Source: the human T2T-CHM13v2.0 reference genome, Homo sapiens. Taken from it: DNA of 64,000 bases. The translations under genes and the position numbers were made by a program. Positions 30,926 through 45,625 of this stretch are shown piece by piece. How positions within the stretch are numbered: the first letter of the stretch is position 1; every line of letters begins with the position of its first letter. Under the pieces are notes generated by a model, which saw only the letters and a program-made list of their open reading frames with translations, was not told the DNA's origin and ran no database searches. The stretch is from NCBI RefSeq assembly GCF_009914755.1, contig NC_060928.1. One strand, written 5' to 3'.

Positions 30926-33149
30926 GCAGTATTAAGCACCCAAAACAGACCCCTCCTAGCACATACAAATAGCTTTTTGTTTTTGGTTTTTTGTTTTTTT
31001 GAGGACTAATCTCATTCAAGGCATGAGGCTAAGTGAATTGATGCCACTGACTTCCTCTGCCTCTCCATAACAATAGCTTCCATTTTCCTAGATGCATGAA
31101 AAGCTAAGTGACTTAGAAGAGGCACTCTGAGATGGCTGACCAAGGAAAAATGCAAAGCAGGTAATTAGATCTTGCCCTCCCCACCTGCAGAATCCCAGCC
31201 GCATTGAATATTTACCTTCCACCCAACCCCCAAACCACAGATCTTCTCTTCAAAAAAAAAAACAACAAAAAAAAAAAAACAAAAAAAAAGGAGCAGTTGC
31301 TTCTATACAAATAATCACTTGCGCATTTGGGGCATTTCTTTTCTACCATGAATTTTTGTCATTTGTCCTCCTGGACATACCTTCCATACCCAGTGCAAAT
31401 ATCTGTCCCAAGTGATATGTTTTGTTTTTTTATTCAGCTGTCTGCTTCAATTCAGACTCTTCTAGGAGAAATAGGCAAAGGTAAATCTTACCTGAGCAAG
31501 TAGTTAAGTTTGGAAGGATAGTTGGTAAGGTCTAATAAAAACGGTTAAGGACATGATGATGGTGCCTATTAATAAAATCTATTTTGTATACTATAGACTT
31601 ATTGTGTTATGTCTAATTAAATAAAGCTATTGTAAAGATACTTGGGTTAATGTTATATGTGCTAGCTATATAAAATGTACTTTATATGATTATTCTTAAA
31701 TTCAAATTTAGATAATAGTCATCCATTTAATAAATATATCCAGTTACGCTGAATTTATACTTGATCATTGACAAATTAATGTGGACTATTTTGTTATTCA
31801 CAGAACTAGGAAATTATTTTCCTTTTCCTGTACACACATAGCACTTATGCAACATCTGATAGCATAATCACATATTTATTCAAATATTTCTCCCTCAAAT
31901 CAGGGATTAGGTCACATTGATTTTGTATTCTCCGTGCCTAACACAGTCCCTGTGCATATTCACCTCTAAACACATTAATGATGTCCAAGTTATTTTTGTT
32001 ATTTCCATTTCTGCTGCTCTTTGTTCCTCCTTTGCTTTTTATTTTTCCAGAATCACATGCCTCTTGACTATTCATTGCAAATGTCTTTACAGAGAGCAAC
32101 TTGTGGGAATAAATGGAACCATACAATGTCAACATAGACACAACGGAGTGAAAGAGTTAGTTCTTAATTTATTAAGCAGTGGGGATTGAAGATTTTTGTT
32201 TTTGATTTTGAGTACAATGAAGAAAAAGAAATAAAGCATTTACAAGATTTGCATGTACTATACAAGAAACGTGTGATTGAAATGTTGCATCTGTGTCATT
32301 TGCAGACTCGTAACCATTTTCCAGTGAATTAATACCATCCTCCCCCTTTAAGCCTATCAAGTTTTCAAAGAACTGAATAGTGCAAAAATATACTTTTGGT
32401 TCCCAGAGAAGTGCTACAGATTACCATTCCCATATAAGAAGAATGTATACACTTCCAGGTTAGTTGAATTAGTTTGCAATACTGTTCACATTTTTAGAGA
32501 CTAAAAATAATGTTTCCTGGTAATGCCACTTCACCAGTGTTGAGAGCAAGTCAATGACAGCAGAAAAGTTTTATGTTCTTTGTATATAAATTTAGTCTCC
32601 AGAGTTTCCAAAACATTGGTGAATAGTCCCTGGAGGCATAAATAAAATTTTTTTCTTTGAGCAGTGTTTCTGAACGTTCATTTCTAATATATCACTGCCT
32701 TGCTTCACTTAATTAAAAAAAAATCTCCGCAAGGAATGCCTCACAAAGAGAGAAATTTCAAAATAAAATGAAAAATACAACTTTAGATCTAATTGATAAT
32801 CATCCAATAATTGGTCAGGCTGGTCATAGGCAGATGAAAGGCTGTAAGGGAGTCATTTCATGCATCTGATCACATAATATAAATAAAAGATCCAGCTGTG
32901 GAGAAAATGATTCTAGTAACAAAGCACCACATCAAAAATATTCCACATTAAAATGGTCTTTGGATATATAGAAAAATGCTTCTATTTCCTTATCCTAAGA
33001 AAACTTGACCTTGCTGCTCCCTGAAGCTACTTAGTAGTCTAGTACTTTGACCTTTCCTTCAAACGAGTTCTTGAAAGATAAAAGGACATCCCTCACCTTC
33101 TCTCCTCATGTACAATAACTTCTTACTCTTGACTCTGCCCAGCATCTCC

Positions 33150-34125
33150 ACAACAGACATCCCATTGTCCACCCTCTTCTTGAACTTCCGTCTTTGTTGA
33201 AGCTTGAAACATTCATGGGTACACTCCTACCTACCAGCCAATGCCCTTCACTGGCTGACATTCCTTTGCTCAACCCTAAACATAGGGATCGCCAAATCCA
33301 TTCTTGGTCACCATCCCTTGTACTCTTCCATGACTTTCTCAGGAATTGTATTTCCTCTTTTGCCTTTGACTATCTTCCTTATGGAGAAAACTTGAAAAAT
33401 TGTGCTCTCCAACTCTGATTTTCTACCCTAGCTCCAGCCTCTAATCTCTAATTCTTCCTGGACATCTCTGTGTACGTTCCACCAATTTCTTAAATTCAAA
33501 GTGCCAAAAACTGAATTCTTTGTCTGTTTATACCCACCCTGCCTCCTTCAGCCTTCTTAAGCTCGAAGTCCCTCTAGATGCTTATACTACATTCCATGAT
33601 ATCCCCCTGCCTTTTCTTTTCCTCTCAAATCCAATTTTGTCTACATTCTTTACTTCCCTCATATCCATCTCCTATTTTCATTCATCAGACTGCCCTGACT
33701 CGTGACCAGTTTGCCTTTTTCCTGGAATATTCCAGTCCACTCATCACTCTGCTGCCAAAGTTATCTTCCTAAAACACAAAGTTCATCTGTCCTTCACCTT
33801 GGACAGTTGACCTCTGTACATAGCATAAAGCCCCAAATCCCAAGCCTTGTATTTAAGGGTTTTGTTCTTTGCTGCTTCCTATTTATACAACTTACCTCCC
33901 GGTATACCGTGGACATACTCTTAGTCCAACTTTCTAGATTTCAGTGGCCACCTCCAGAAAATGCATTACACTTTTTTGTCTCTTGCTTACTGTATGCCTT
34001 GAATGTGCTTTATTCCAATATCTGCCCATACGTAGTTGGCCCCTCTTTAAAAAGAGGCCCCAGGAAGTCTCTGCAATCCCTACTCATTCCCATCTCCCCA
34101 TCTGACTTACTCTCTCCATGCCTGC
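33150..34125 (+). mobile_element. Degraded L2
   Basis: CT-rich with CCTGGACATCTCT...CTTAAATTCAAAGTGCCAAAAACTGAA and ATAAAGCCCCAAATCCC motifs. Confidence 0.55.
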
Positions 34126-34854
34126 AAGAGTAAGGATTCCTTAAGTTGTAAGAAACAGGAAAACCAACTCAATTTGGCCTGAATGTATAGGATCATGTTG
34201 TTGTAAGTTATGGGCTGGCTTCAGACAGTTTTATCCAGAGTCTCATTGTGTCATCCTGCTGTTTTTCTCTGTGATTTTCTCAATTCTGCCTTCAGGCTGT
34301 CCTCATAATAGAAAAAAAAAACATGACTACACATTCTCACCCCACACTGTCCACAGAAAGACAGTGTCTCTTGAGAAATAAAAGGGAAGATCCTTTGATC
34401 CTTTGACCTAAGCACATCTTAAATCTCATTGCCTTATCCCTAAACCAATTACCAGAAGCAGGAAGGATCTGATAGCCTATGTCAGAGTCCACCTTTGCAA
34501 TTAAGAATAGGCTCAATAACACCAAACTACATAATTAAAATAGAAAAGGGACTATTCCTCAAAAAATTCTAAATATTTTTCTAGGAAGCAGGGGGAAATG
34601 GATGTTAAAGAGACAGCTAATCAATGACAACTATATTCCCCACGGTCCAAGAATTTCTGTTGTGACATAAAGGATATCATGCCTTATAACAGGTTTATTT
34701 GAGTATGTGTGTCTGTCTCTCTCATTATATTGTAAGATGAAGGACAAGTTTAGTGTGGCTTACATAATCGTTTACTCTAAACTTCCAAATAATTGATGAC
34801 AAGATTTTCATTCTTCTTCTGAAATAGTTTTTTCTGCATCCAACAGTATCATCA

Positions 34855-35065
34855 TAATAATGACTAACATGTATTGAGTTATCATGTGTCAGGCCCTGTT
34901 GTAAGCATTTTACGTGTGTTGACTCCCTTAATTCTCAGCATCAGGCTACACATTTCACAGATGCAGAAATTAGGGCTGAGGGAGGTTAAGTAACTTACCC
35001 AATCCTAAGCAGCTTGTGTATGGAGGAGCCAGGACTTGAGCCAAAGCAATGTGTTTCCAAAGTCT
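34855..35065. mobile_element. MIR
   Basis: CTAACATGTATTGAG...TTTCACAGATGCAGAAA...GGTTAAGTAACTTACCCAA. Confidence 0.65.
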
Positions 35066-36002
35066 ACACTCCAAAGCTGACTTTTATGCTGGTTGTATTT
35101 ACTAATCTCAATAAAATGTACCTGTTGGCAAAACAGTAAAAAGCTACTTATCTTTCAGCCCACCCATTCAGACTACCACTCAGTCTTGCCAATTCTTTTT
35201 TAATGTATCTGTCCTTTATGGTTTGTTCTTACATTAAATTGACCATTCAAATTCTGACCATCTCTTGGCTAGAATTCTAGACTAATATATTTAAGAATCA
35301 ATCCATCTCATATTTCCATCCCAAACTATACACTTAGCCTCAATACTTTTCTTCCTGACCTGATCCCCCATATTAAAGGTGGAACATCTTTCAGCTCATA
35401 ATCAGAAGAGAATAAGACCATCAGAAGTTAAATATCTAGAGTGGCTTGTGACAACAAGTCTTATGGGACAGCATGGTAATTGATTCTTTGATGTTGTCCC
35501 ACCTCTGAGATGGAACTCATATAACTGTGAGAGCCCTTCAGAGATTATACAATCCAGTGCCTTCTCTTCAGTCAGGAATCCATTAACCATTAAAGATTAA
35601 TCTTGATTATTAGCATCTTGAAGAGGCATTGAAAAGATTCTCCACAACCACACTTGGAAATACAGAACTTCTGCCCCCAGCATGTAACTGTGACAGCGGC
35701 ATGCCATGAGGTTTCACCCCACGTTATGTACCCAGTATCCTGCTGCAGTGCCAGAGGCCTGCTCCTTGAGCACAGATCACAGATTGCCAAGCAATCTCTA
35801 CTAATTCATTACTTTGCTTTCTAATAGCAAGGTAATTATGATTTATCTATGCAAACACCAGCATTTTAGATGTTTTAAAAGTATTACGCATGCACTAGAT
35901 ATATTGTTCCTTTTCTTAGGGAATTTATGGATATGTATCATTTTATTTTTAAGTTTTAACTTTCTTATGTATTTATTTATTTGAGATTTATTAGTGTTGA
36001 AT

Positions 36003-36185
36003 CAGTGGTTCTCAACCCCGGCTACACATTAGAATCTGCAGGGTCTGGGGAGCTTTGAAAACCTGGTAGCTGGCGCCTTCCTACATCATAAATCAAAATC
36101 TTTGGGAGGAAAGATTTGATCAATAGATTTTTGTTGTTGTTGTTTATTTGTTTTCTACTATGATTCTGTTGTGCAGCCAAAGTAG
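36003..36185. mobile_element. MER5-like hAT DNA transposon
   Basis: CAGTGGTTCTCAACCCCGGCTACACATTAGAATC...TGATTCTGTTGTGCAGCCA. Confidence 0.6.
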
Positions 36186-37039
36186 AGAGACATCATGTTA
36201 AACTCTTGTTCATGAGAACAGAAATATCTTTCCAAAATTTAGAAATAAAAACTTTATAGCTTCAGGATGATTCCGTCCATTGGGTACAAGAGCCACAGTG
36301 AGCTTTCCAAAGAGCACCAAAAATACATGAGAAATTTGAAAACCGTAACACATAAGAGCAAAATAATTTATTCCTAACAAACTCAAAATTATGAAGAATA
36401 CTTTTAAATACATTTCACCTCCCAAAATCTGTTTCATGTGAATGACTGTTAAGGTGTTTGGCATGATTCAGGGTGAGTCTTCCACATGTAAGGGCATTTA
36501 TAACAAGTTCTTAAAGCATTCTTGAGTATTTCAAATTGCTATTTAACATTTGACTGATGAAATGTTTCTACCTACCACTGGGAAAAAAAGTAGAAGAAGT
36601 AAAAAAGTCTGAAGTCAACAGTCTGGTACTAATAATTCACTTTGATAGGAAGAATTACAGCGTTCCAAGTCTTAGCTTCAAACAGAAGATAAGCTTTTTA
36701 TGTTTGTTGAGGCAGCTCTCTCCTTTTTTTCTGAGTCATGCTTTTTGTGAAACGCTACTATGAATGAAAGAAGAACTGCGTGAGGGGGATTGAGTGGGAG
36801 GAAGACACCAAAATTGAGTTTCAAGAAATATACATCATCTAAATCAGTTAATCTGATCTAGAAACATTGCTGAACATAATGGAGTATGTGGTGTCGTCTT
36901 TTGCCCTTCCTAACTCCTAAAATCAAAAGTCAAATTCTAATAAACTAGAGTAATATGTAGAGCTAACTCATATCCAGTTAAAAGAATTCTTTAGGGTCTA
37001 GAATGAGGACCCCAGAGTACAGCCACCTTTAAAATTCTT

Positions 37040-37333
37040 GGCCGGGAGTGGTGGCTCGTGTCTGTAATCCCCAGCATTTTGGGAGGCCGAGGTGGGTGGA
37101 TCACGAGTCAGGAGTTTAAGACCAGCCTGGTCAAGATGGTGAAACCCCGTCTCTACTAAAAATACAAAAAAATTAGCCGGGCATGATGGCGGGCGCCTGT
37201 AATCCCAGCCACTCGGGAAGCTGAGGCAGAGAATTGCTTGAACCCAGGAAGCAGAGGTTGCAGTGAGCCAAGATCACGCCACTGCACTCCAGCCTGGGCG
37301 ACGGAGACTCGACTCAAAAAAAAAAAAAAAAAA
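37040..37333 (+). mobile_element. Alu (AluS-like)
   Basis: Full dimer, A-tail, TSD AAAATTCTT. Confidence 0.95.
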
Positions 37334-37857
37334 ATTCTTTATAAGCTTGTGTTTCAAAAAGTTTTAAAACATCTGTATGTGTGTGCTTGTGTACAGAATA
37401 CACACTAAAACCATACCCATCAGAATCTAACAGCGGTTATTCCTCAGTGAGAAAAATATGAATGACTCAAATTTTCTTCAACAATCACATAATACTTTTT
37501 ATATGTATATGCATAGCAGAAAAGTCTTGAAGGGCTCACATGAAACTTAATTACTCCTGAGGACCAGAATGGGGTGGTAATGATGGAAGGGGTCTCATTT
37601 ATTACTCTATATTCTTTCATATTATTGAATGTTTTTATTAATAATTTATAATTGAAAACGATAGTTTAAATAATAATAAACATATGATTAACATTTGAAT
37701 TTTAAAAGAGCCATTAAAGACCATACTCATTCTTTCCAGTTGGGAAGTGTCTTTATTAATATCTCATCTGCCCAGGTGGGTAAGAGAACGTGAACAGAAA
37801 TGCTCTCACATTTTTAATATTTGTTATGGCAACATCTCACTTCCAGGTACCAAAACC

Positions 37858-38370
37858 TGTGTCATTTTCCATTACTGCATAACAAATGACTCCAAAACCT
37901 AGTGGCTTCAAATAACGAGAATTTATTATCTCAGTTTTTGCAGGTCAGTGAGGGCAGTCTAACTGGGTTGATCTGATTCTGGGTCCTTCATGAGCTTGCG
38001 GTCAAGATGTCAGCAAGGGATGTGGTCATATGAAGGCTTGACTGGGGCTGAAGAATACATTTCTGGTGTGACTCACTCACATGACTATTGGCAAGAGAAC
38101 TCAGGTCTTCACTAAATATTGGGAATCTCTATAGGGCTACTTGAGTGTCCTTATGTCATGGAAGCTGCCTTCCGCAGAGCAAGTGACCCAAGGTAGCAAG
38201 GTGGAAGCCACACGTCTTCTATGACCCAGACCCAGAAGTCATACACTGTCAGGTCCACGGTATCCTATTAGTTCACAGTTCAGCCCTCTTCCATGTGGGA
38301 GAACAGTAATTCCAGGACTTTCATACCAGGGGCAGGGGTTACTGGGGGCCCTCTTGGAGTTTATTACAAT
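37858..38370. mobile_element. MLT1-type MaLR LTR
   Basis: CCATTACTGCATAACAAAT..CCAAAACCTAGTGGCTT...GCTACTTGAGTGTCCTTATGTCATGG...GAAGTCATACACTGTCA. Confidence 0.7.
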
Positions 38371-38384
38371 TTCCGTCATTAGTG

Positions 38385-39220
38385 TTTTATAGTTTTCAAC
38401 ATCCAAATCCTGACCATATTTTTATAGATGTATCCCAAAGTATTTCATATTCTTTGATGTCATTGTAAATGGTACCATTTTTAAGTTTTAATCTCCAATT
38501 GTTTTTTGCTATTATATAGAAATATAATCAATTTTTATATTGTCCTTGTAACCTGTGCCCTTGCTAATCTCACATATTAGTTCTAGTAGGTTTTGATAGA
38601 TTTGGAGATTTTCTATGTAGATGATAATGTTACCATTAATAAAGACAGTTTTAGTTCTTCCTTTCCAATCTGTATGCCTTTTATTTATTTGTTGGCTTGT
38701 TGCATAGACTAGGATCTCTAATATAATGTTGAATAGAGGTAATGAGAATGTGCATCCTTGTCCCATATCCAAGCTTGAGAAGAAAGTATGTAGTTTTTCA
38801 TCATTAAGTATGATGTTTTAGGTTTTCCATAGATACTTTTTATCAGGCTGAGGAAGTTCCCTTCTATTTCTAACTTATTGGAATTTATGATGAATAGATG
38901 TTGAATTTAGTCAAATGTTTTTTCTGACTCTATTGAAATAATAATATGGTTGTTCTTCTTTAGTCTGCTGCTATGTCAAATTGCATTGATTGATTTTTGA
39001 ATGTTGAGCCAAACTTGCATTCCTGGCAAAATAACCACTTAGATATAATATGCTTTCTTTTATTTTTTAATATATGGCTAGATTCAATTTGCCAATGTTT
39101 TGTTAAAAATTTTTGAACCTATATTAATGAGGGATATTAGTCTTCAGTTTTTTTTTTCTGTTTCTGTTTTGTTATCTTGACAATGATAGCCTCATAAAAT
39201 TAGTTGAGAAGTATTCTCTT
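38385..39220 (-). mobile_element. Old L1M ORF2 fragment
   Basis: Antisense L1 motifs (GTTGAATAGAGGTAATGAGA, GAGGAAGTTCCCTTCTATT); degraded RT-like peptide QGCTFSLPLFNIILEIL. Confidence 0.75.
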
Positions 39221-39439
39221 CTATTTGCTGAACCATAGATATTTGCAGGTAAAATGATATTATCTTGGACTTGATTCAAATTATTTTGGATGGATAGAGG
39301 GATGGATGTGAATATACATGATACAGGATAGTCCAGGAGTTTATAATTATTGAAGATTAGCAATGATTACGTAAGGATGTATGACACTTTTCTCTGTGCC
39401 TCTGTATATGCATGACATTTTTGATAATAAAATGTTTTC

Positions 39440-39648
39440 TTTCTTTTTTTTCTTTTTTTGAAACAGAATATTGCCCGGTCGCTCAGGCTGAAGTGCAGTG
39501 GGCATGATCTCAGCTAATTTTTATGTTTTAGTAAAGATGGGTTTCACCATGTTGTCCAGGCTCATCTCAAACTCCTGACCTCAAGTGATTCACCCTCCTC
39601 AGCCTCCCAAAGTATTTGGAGTACAGGCGTGAGCCACCGTGGCTGACC
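39440..39648 (-). mobile_element. Alu with internal deletion
   Basis: Right-arm start joins at ATCTCAGCT|AATTTT to the left arm. Confidence 0.85.
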
Positions 39649-39936
39649 AAATATTTTCTTTAAAAATAAACCAGTGTCTTTTCCACAGCTCTATCCTAGT
39701 TTCCAATTAGTATGTGAGTAGAGGAGAGCATCTCAAAAGTTCAGCAAAGGGAGAAGTAGAGATTTAGACAGAGTTCATAATTCTTTTAATGACTGTACTG
39801 GTCATTAGCGTCCAAATGTGTATTAAGAGGAGGGTAGGATACACTGAGTACAGCTTCAATTCAAAGGTAGGATTTAAGACCATCTTAATTTCTTGGCTAG
39901 TTCTTCAACTTAGCTTTGAAAAACTATCCTGTAATG

Positions 39937-40782
<846 letters not shown>

Positions 40783-43700
40783 GTATAATGCTTTTGATCT
40801 CAGAAATTTAAGCCTTCTCACAATTTAAACTCGGGGTTCAATCCAAATAGAATAGTATTTCATTCACAAGCTACATTGACTCTGAATTCTGTTAGATTCA
40901 TTTTAGCAAACTTTGCTTGGACATCGACTATGTACCAAGGCTCTTGTTAACCTCTATAGATACAAGGACACATATTAATGTACTGTCCCTGCCATTAAAG
41001 ATTTTATAGTCTGATGTTCTAATCTTCAGTCTTGTTTAGTAATTTTAGAAAATATTTATGTTCAGTTCTAATCTCTTTCACTTCTAATGGATTATTTTTA
41101 ACTTTGCTTCTTTAAAACAAATTAACCATTGAGTTCAGCTTATAGTATAAAGCATTATGATTTTTTTCTACATCTTGCTCCATAATATAATTCAGGCCTT
41201 CCCAAGTGTCCCCCAGAAGGGACCTGAGAAATCATCCCATTCATTCACTTATTCCCATTTTACAGTTAAGGAAAGAGAGGCTCAGAAAAGGCAACTTTTC
41301 CAGGTCACTGAGCTACTAAGTAAGAGGGCTGGAACTAAATTCAAGTTGTAGGACCACTAATGCTGTGCTCTTTCTGTGACATCAGGCCTCATGACTTAAA
41401 TTCCAACATCAAAGAAAATTATGGATCCCCACATCTAGAAAATATTACAAATTTCCGTAGAATTTCACATTTAAATTAAATTATTGAAGATCTTTGTGAA
41501 TTAAAGAAGAAAAGGTGGGGGAAAAGATGAAGGGATTGGGTGGTGGTGGTAGAAGTCATAATAGTAGTAGTATAGTAGTCATAACTTTCCATGTGTTACA
41601 TAGTGTGACTTTCTTAGAATATCCACTCTTCTCAATAACTCTTTGAAGTATGTACAATTATTATATCCATTTTACAGATGAGGAAACTGAAGCACAAGAA
41701 GTTTAGTAATTTGCCCAAAGAGACATGGCTTTTCAATTCAATTTCATTTAGTAGTCTTAGGTACACTTAATCCCCCAAATGTAACCAAATTCTGCTAGGA
41801 GGGAGGTGTAAGTAATATTGAATCATTGTGTAGAGTTTTGTATAGTTCTTCAAAGCACCAAATCTCTTTTAGATAGCTTAGCAAATCTTATTGAGGTAGT
41901 TGAAACATAAGGAAATTTAAAATTCTTTCTTCTGCACCCGTTAAAAATTTATTTAACAGTTCTATTTTTCTTAACAGGTCAAATATTAAATAAAAATTGT
42001 TCTTTCAGCAATTGGATTCATGAACAGGTCAAAAGGCTTCATTGGAGTGGATGATGCAGAAGGTACACATGCATTCACACACACGTAGACACACACACAC
42101 CCTCATTCAGTCTCATGCATAAACAAACATTACCTTATACCCTAGGGGAATATTTTTAGCTATCTTTAGCCAAACTGGTTTCACTTGGCAGACTGCAACC
42201 CCCTACAGGTGGCACCTATTTTCTGTGAAGTGTTTCCTTTTCCCAGAACTGAGACATCGGCACCACATACCTCCTTGCTCTTCTCAACATCTGTTTCTAC
42301 TTATGTGCCAGATAGGGCCACCTGAGCTGTGAAGGGAAACAAAACAAAGGTTCATGGCTATTGTCTATCAAAATGTCATGTTTTGGTCCACCCAGATTGG
42401 GAAACTCGGTTGGAATGCCAAGCACTGGTCTACTGTAAGAAGGGGCTATGGGAAAAAAATATTTTCCTTATTCAACTGTTCGTGTTCATTAGGAAATAAG
42501 GTAGGGCTCTAGACCTTGGAGTCTAGGGAAACCAATTCATAGAGAGATTAATCATTCGCTATCACTTCTAAGGCATTGCATATTGCTGCACAGATGGTAC
42601 AAAGAATATAGAAAGGCATAAAACTTACCCTGAAGAGGTTTATAAGATTAGGAACTCAGAATTGGTACATTAGAAAATAAGTATGTAAAGCTAGATAGTG
42701 TATCCAATTTACAGGGCAAGCAATAAGTATCATAGGCATTCCTTGGAAGGAGTGATAACCAAGAACTGGGGTGATAGGAGAACCTCAGTGGTGATGAAAC
42801 TTGAAAAAAGTAACTGATTTCATTGTCATGACAAATGAAATCATTTTATTTTAAAAGATTACCAGGATGAAAATGACCAAGTCATAACTCTCCTAAGACC
42901 CGAATCCCATGACACCCAAGAAAATCTGTGCCCGTGTTTCCTAAATGTGTTTATTTTCTGCTTCTCTTATTTTCCTATAGTCAACATTCAATTTATCCGC
43001 AGTTGAGGATAGAGACTGGCAAGGATAAATCTAGGGATATACCCTACCCTCCATTTTTGCCTTCAGGTTTCATTTCTCAAATGAAAGTTCTCAAAATTTT
43101 TACTAGAGTCGAGTAACATGCATCCAAATGTAATTACTTGAATATATACATGCGCAAGTCTACAAGTTGCCTGTAATGAGGATATTCATTGCAAAATTAG
43201 ATGATGAAAATGTTAAAAAATGGAAACAACCTTAATACCTACCAGTAGGGAGGAGTTGCATATATTGCTCATGGAAAAAAAGCAAGCTGCCAAGCAGTAA
43301 TGTCTAGTATGATTCCATTTCATTAAAACAACAATCAAAAAGAATACCTGTACCCTGTGCATGTACCTCATGCATAAACCAATTCTGGGAGGCAATATGA
43401 GAAATTGTTAATAATGCTAATATCTGTGGGACTGGCATTTGGCATTTCATTTTTTTACTTTATTTCTTCTTTGCTGATCAAGATTTTAAAATGTATACTA
43501 CATTTATAATGTTTAAAAATAGTTTAATATACATGTATATATATGTAATATTTAAATTTTTGATTTTCAGATCTTCTGTTTAAACAACAAATGACCTGGA
43601 GACTCAAAGTGAAGCAGACTCAACAAAAGGTTCAGAAAAGTCAACCATTAAGCAGAGGAATGGCCACTAGGCACAGGTTTTTTTAAATTTAATGGTATTG

Positions 43701-45138
43701 GTCATGGCCTCACAGAAAACAAAATTTTCTTCAAGCAATAGATGATAAATATTTTGGGCTTTTGGTACTAATAAGTAGTTCAAAGCCTCAGTAGCTTGAA
43801 TTTCAAAACTGAACAGGGCTCATGGAACTACTCAAAAATTGTGAGAGGCTGATGGTTTAAGAAGTGGGAAAGACATTGCTAAGATGATCTGTTTGCTGAT
43901 GGCATTCTGTGACAGCTGCCAGCCTCAAGCAAGATTGAAGAATGCTAGATGTTGAAGTGGCCTTTCTTCTCCTTTGCCTGAAGAGCTCTGAGCAAGGCAG
44001 CCAGATGACCATGAACTCTGTGTTTGGGATCTGGAGATAAGTGGGAGAGGCTCAGAGCATCCTGCTGATGCACCAGTTCAGGGAAAGTTAGTTGACGCAG
44101 CCCTTTGCCTTCCGCTTGGCTTGAATAAAATCAGGAAAAGTGGCTTAGACTCAGTACTTTCTCTGCCCTCCTCAGGGTCCACATGTTTCCTGACCCTTAA
44201 CCTTTTTTTCTGTTCAGGGGCAGTCACCTGCACATGAGCTTAGCTGACAATGACATCCTGCCCATCTCAATGTCCTGTACCCATCCTTGTGGTTCACTGG
44301 GCTGCCCATGTCTTCTGCAGACAACTCGCTTCATGTCTAGCCATTGTCTGACCTAACCATTCAGCCAAGATGGTTTTCTTATTTAACAGGATTGGAGACC
44401 TTTGAAATGGGCAAGTTGGAGGGAGTCCCCGTAAAAACCAACTAGCTAATTTACAAAAACACAACCCTCAAGAAATAAATTGAACCGCCTTTTTTTTTTC
44501 TTTTTTTTTTTTCTGATTCCTGTTAAGGAGGGTATAATGGCCAAACCTTTTAGGCTGATGATAAAACACCTGCTCAACACTAACTGTCCTTTTTTTCTTT
44601 CCTTTTAGAAAAATATATACAAATTTTGGAGCTCTAGTGACAGAAATGGATCAACTCTGTGTGTCCATTTTTCTGGTTACATCCTATAGGAAGTAAATGT
44701 ACATTATAAATGATGGAACTCCCAATTATGATATAGTGGAGAAAGCACTGAGCTGAGGGTTAGAAAACCTGATTTTTATATCAATTCGGCCACTAAATAC
44801 TCTGGACCCTGTTTCTTCATTAGCAAAATAAAGGAGAAGATTGTTGTCTTCTTGTTATGAAATGCTTTGCTTCCACGGATCAGCAGCAAGTCAGAGGCAG
44901 GAATCATACTCAGTTGCATTTTCTGCTCCATCTGGAGATCTACATTCAGTTTGTCACCTATCACAAGTGTCCTGGAATGAGGCAAATTCCCTCATTCTGG
45001 TAAATAATCAGAACCAGTTTTTTTGTCATGTTTGCTACTCTCTGAGAAACTTAGCGTGTTTTCAGAAATTATATTGTACGGTTAATTTTCCCCATGGTAG
45101 CCTGAGAACTTTAGTGTGGAAGAAGAGAAAAAAAAACA

Positions 45139-45360
45139 AGGAAGGAAGGAAGCAAGGAAGGAAGGGAGGGAGGAAGGAAGGGAGGGAGGAAGGAAGGGAG
45201 GGAGGAAGGAAGGGAGGGAGGAAGGAAGGGTGATAGATAGATGATGGACAATACATAAATGACAGGTAGGTAGGTGGATGAATAGACGATGGATGGATGG
45301 ATGGATGGATGGATGGATGGATGGATGGATGGATGGATGGATGAATAGACGGATGGATAC
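45139..45360. repeat. Compound (GGAA/GGGA)n and (GGAT)n microsatellites
   Basis: 45139-45230 nearly pure purine; ~13 perfect GGAT units at ~45290-45342. Confidence 0.95.
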
Positions 45361-45389
45361 GTGAATACATAGATAGATGGAATCAAGTT

Positions 45390-45625
45390 TCTAAGCATGG
45401 TCTCTAGAGCCAGACTACCTTGGTTCAAATCACAGTACTACAACTTTCTGACTGAATCACCTCAAATTATGTCACCTATTTGTGACTCAGTTAACTTAAT
45501 GGAAATGGTAAAATTCAGAAAGCAATATTTACCTCATAAGGTGGTTGTCAAGATTAAGTAGGATTATTTATGTAAAGCTTTCAGCATAGTGCTGGATGTA
45601 TAGTAAGTGCTCCATAAATATTAAT
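45390..45625. mobile_element. MIR
   Basis: CTCTAGAGCCAGACTACCTTGGTTCAAATC...ACCTCATAAGGTGGTTG...TAGTAAGTGCTCCATAAATATT. Confidence 0.7.

Noticed and set aside
44841-45428. Repetitive-peptide ORFs (PSIH/PSFL/EGRK)
   Set aside because: Translations of tetranucleotide microsatellites.
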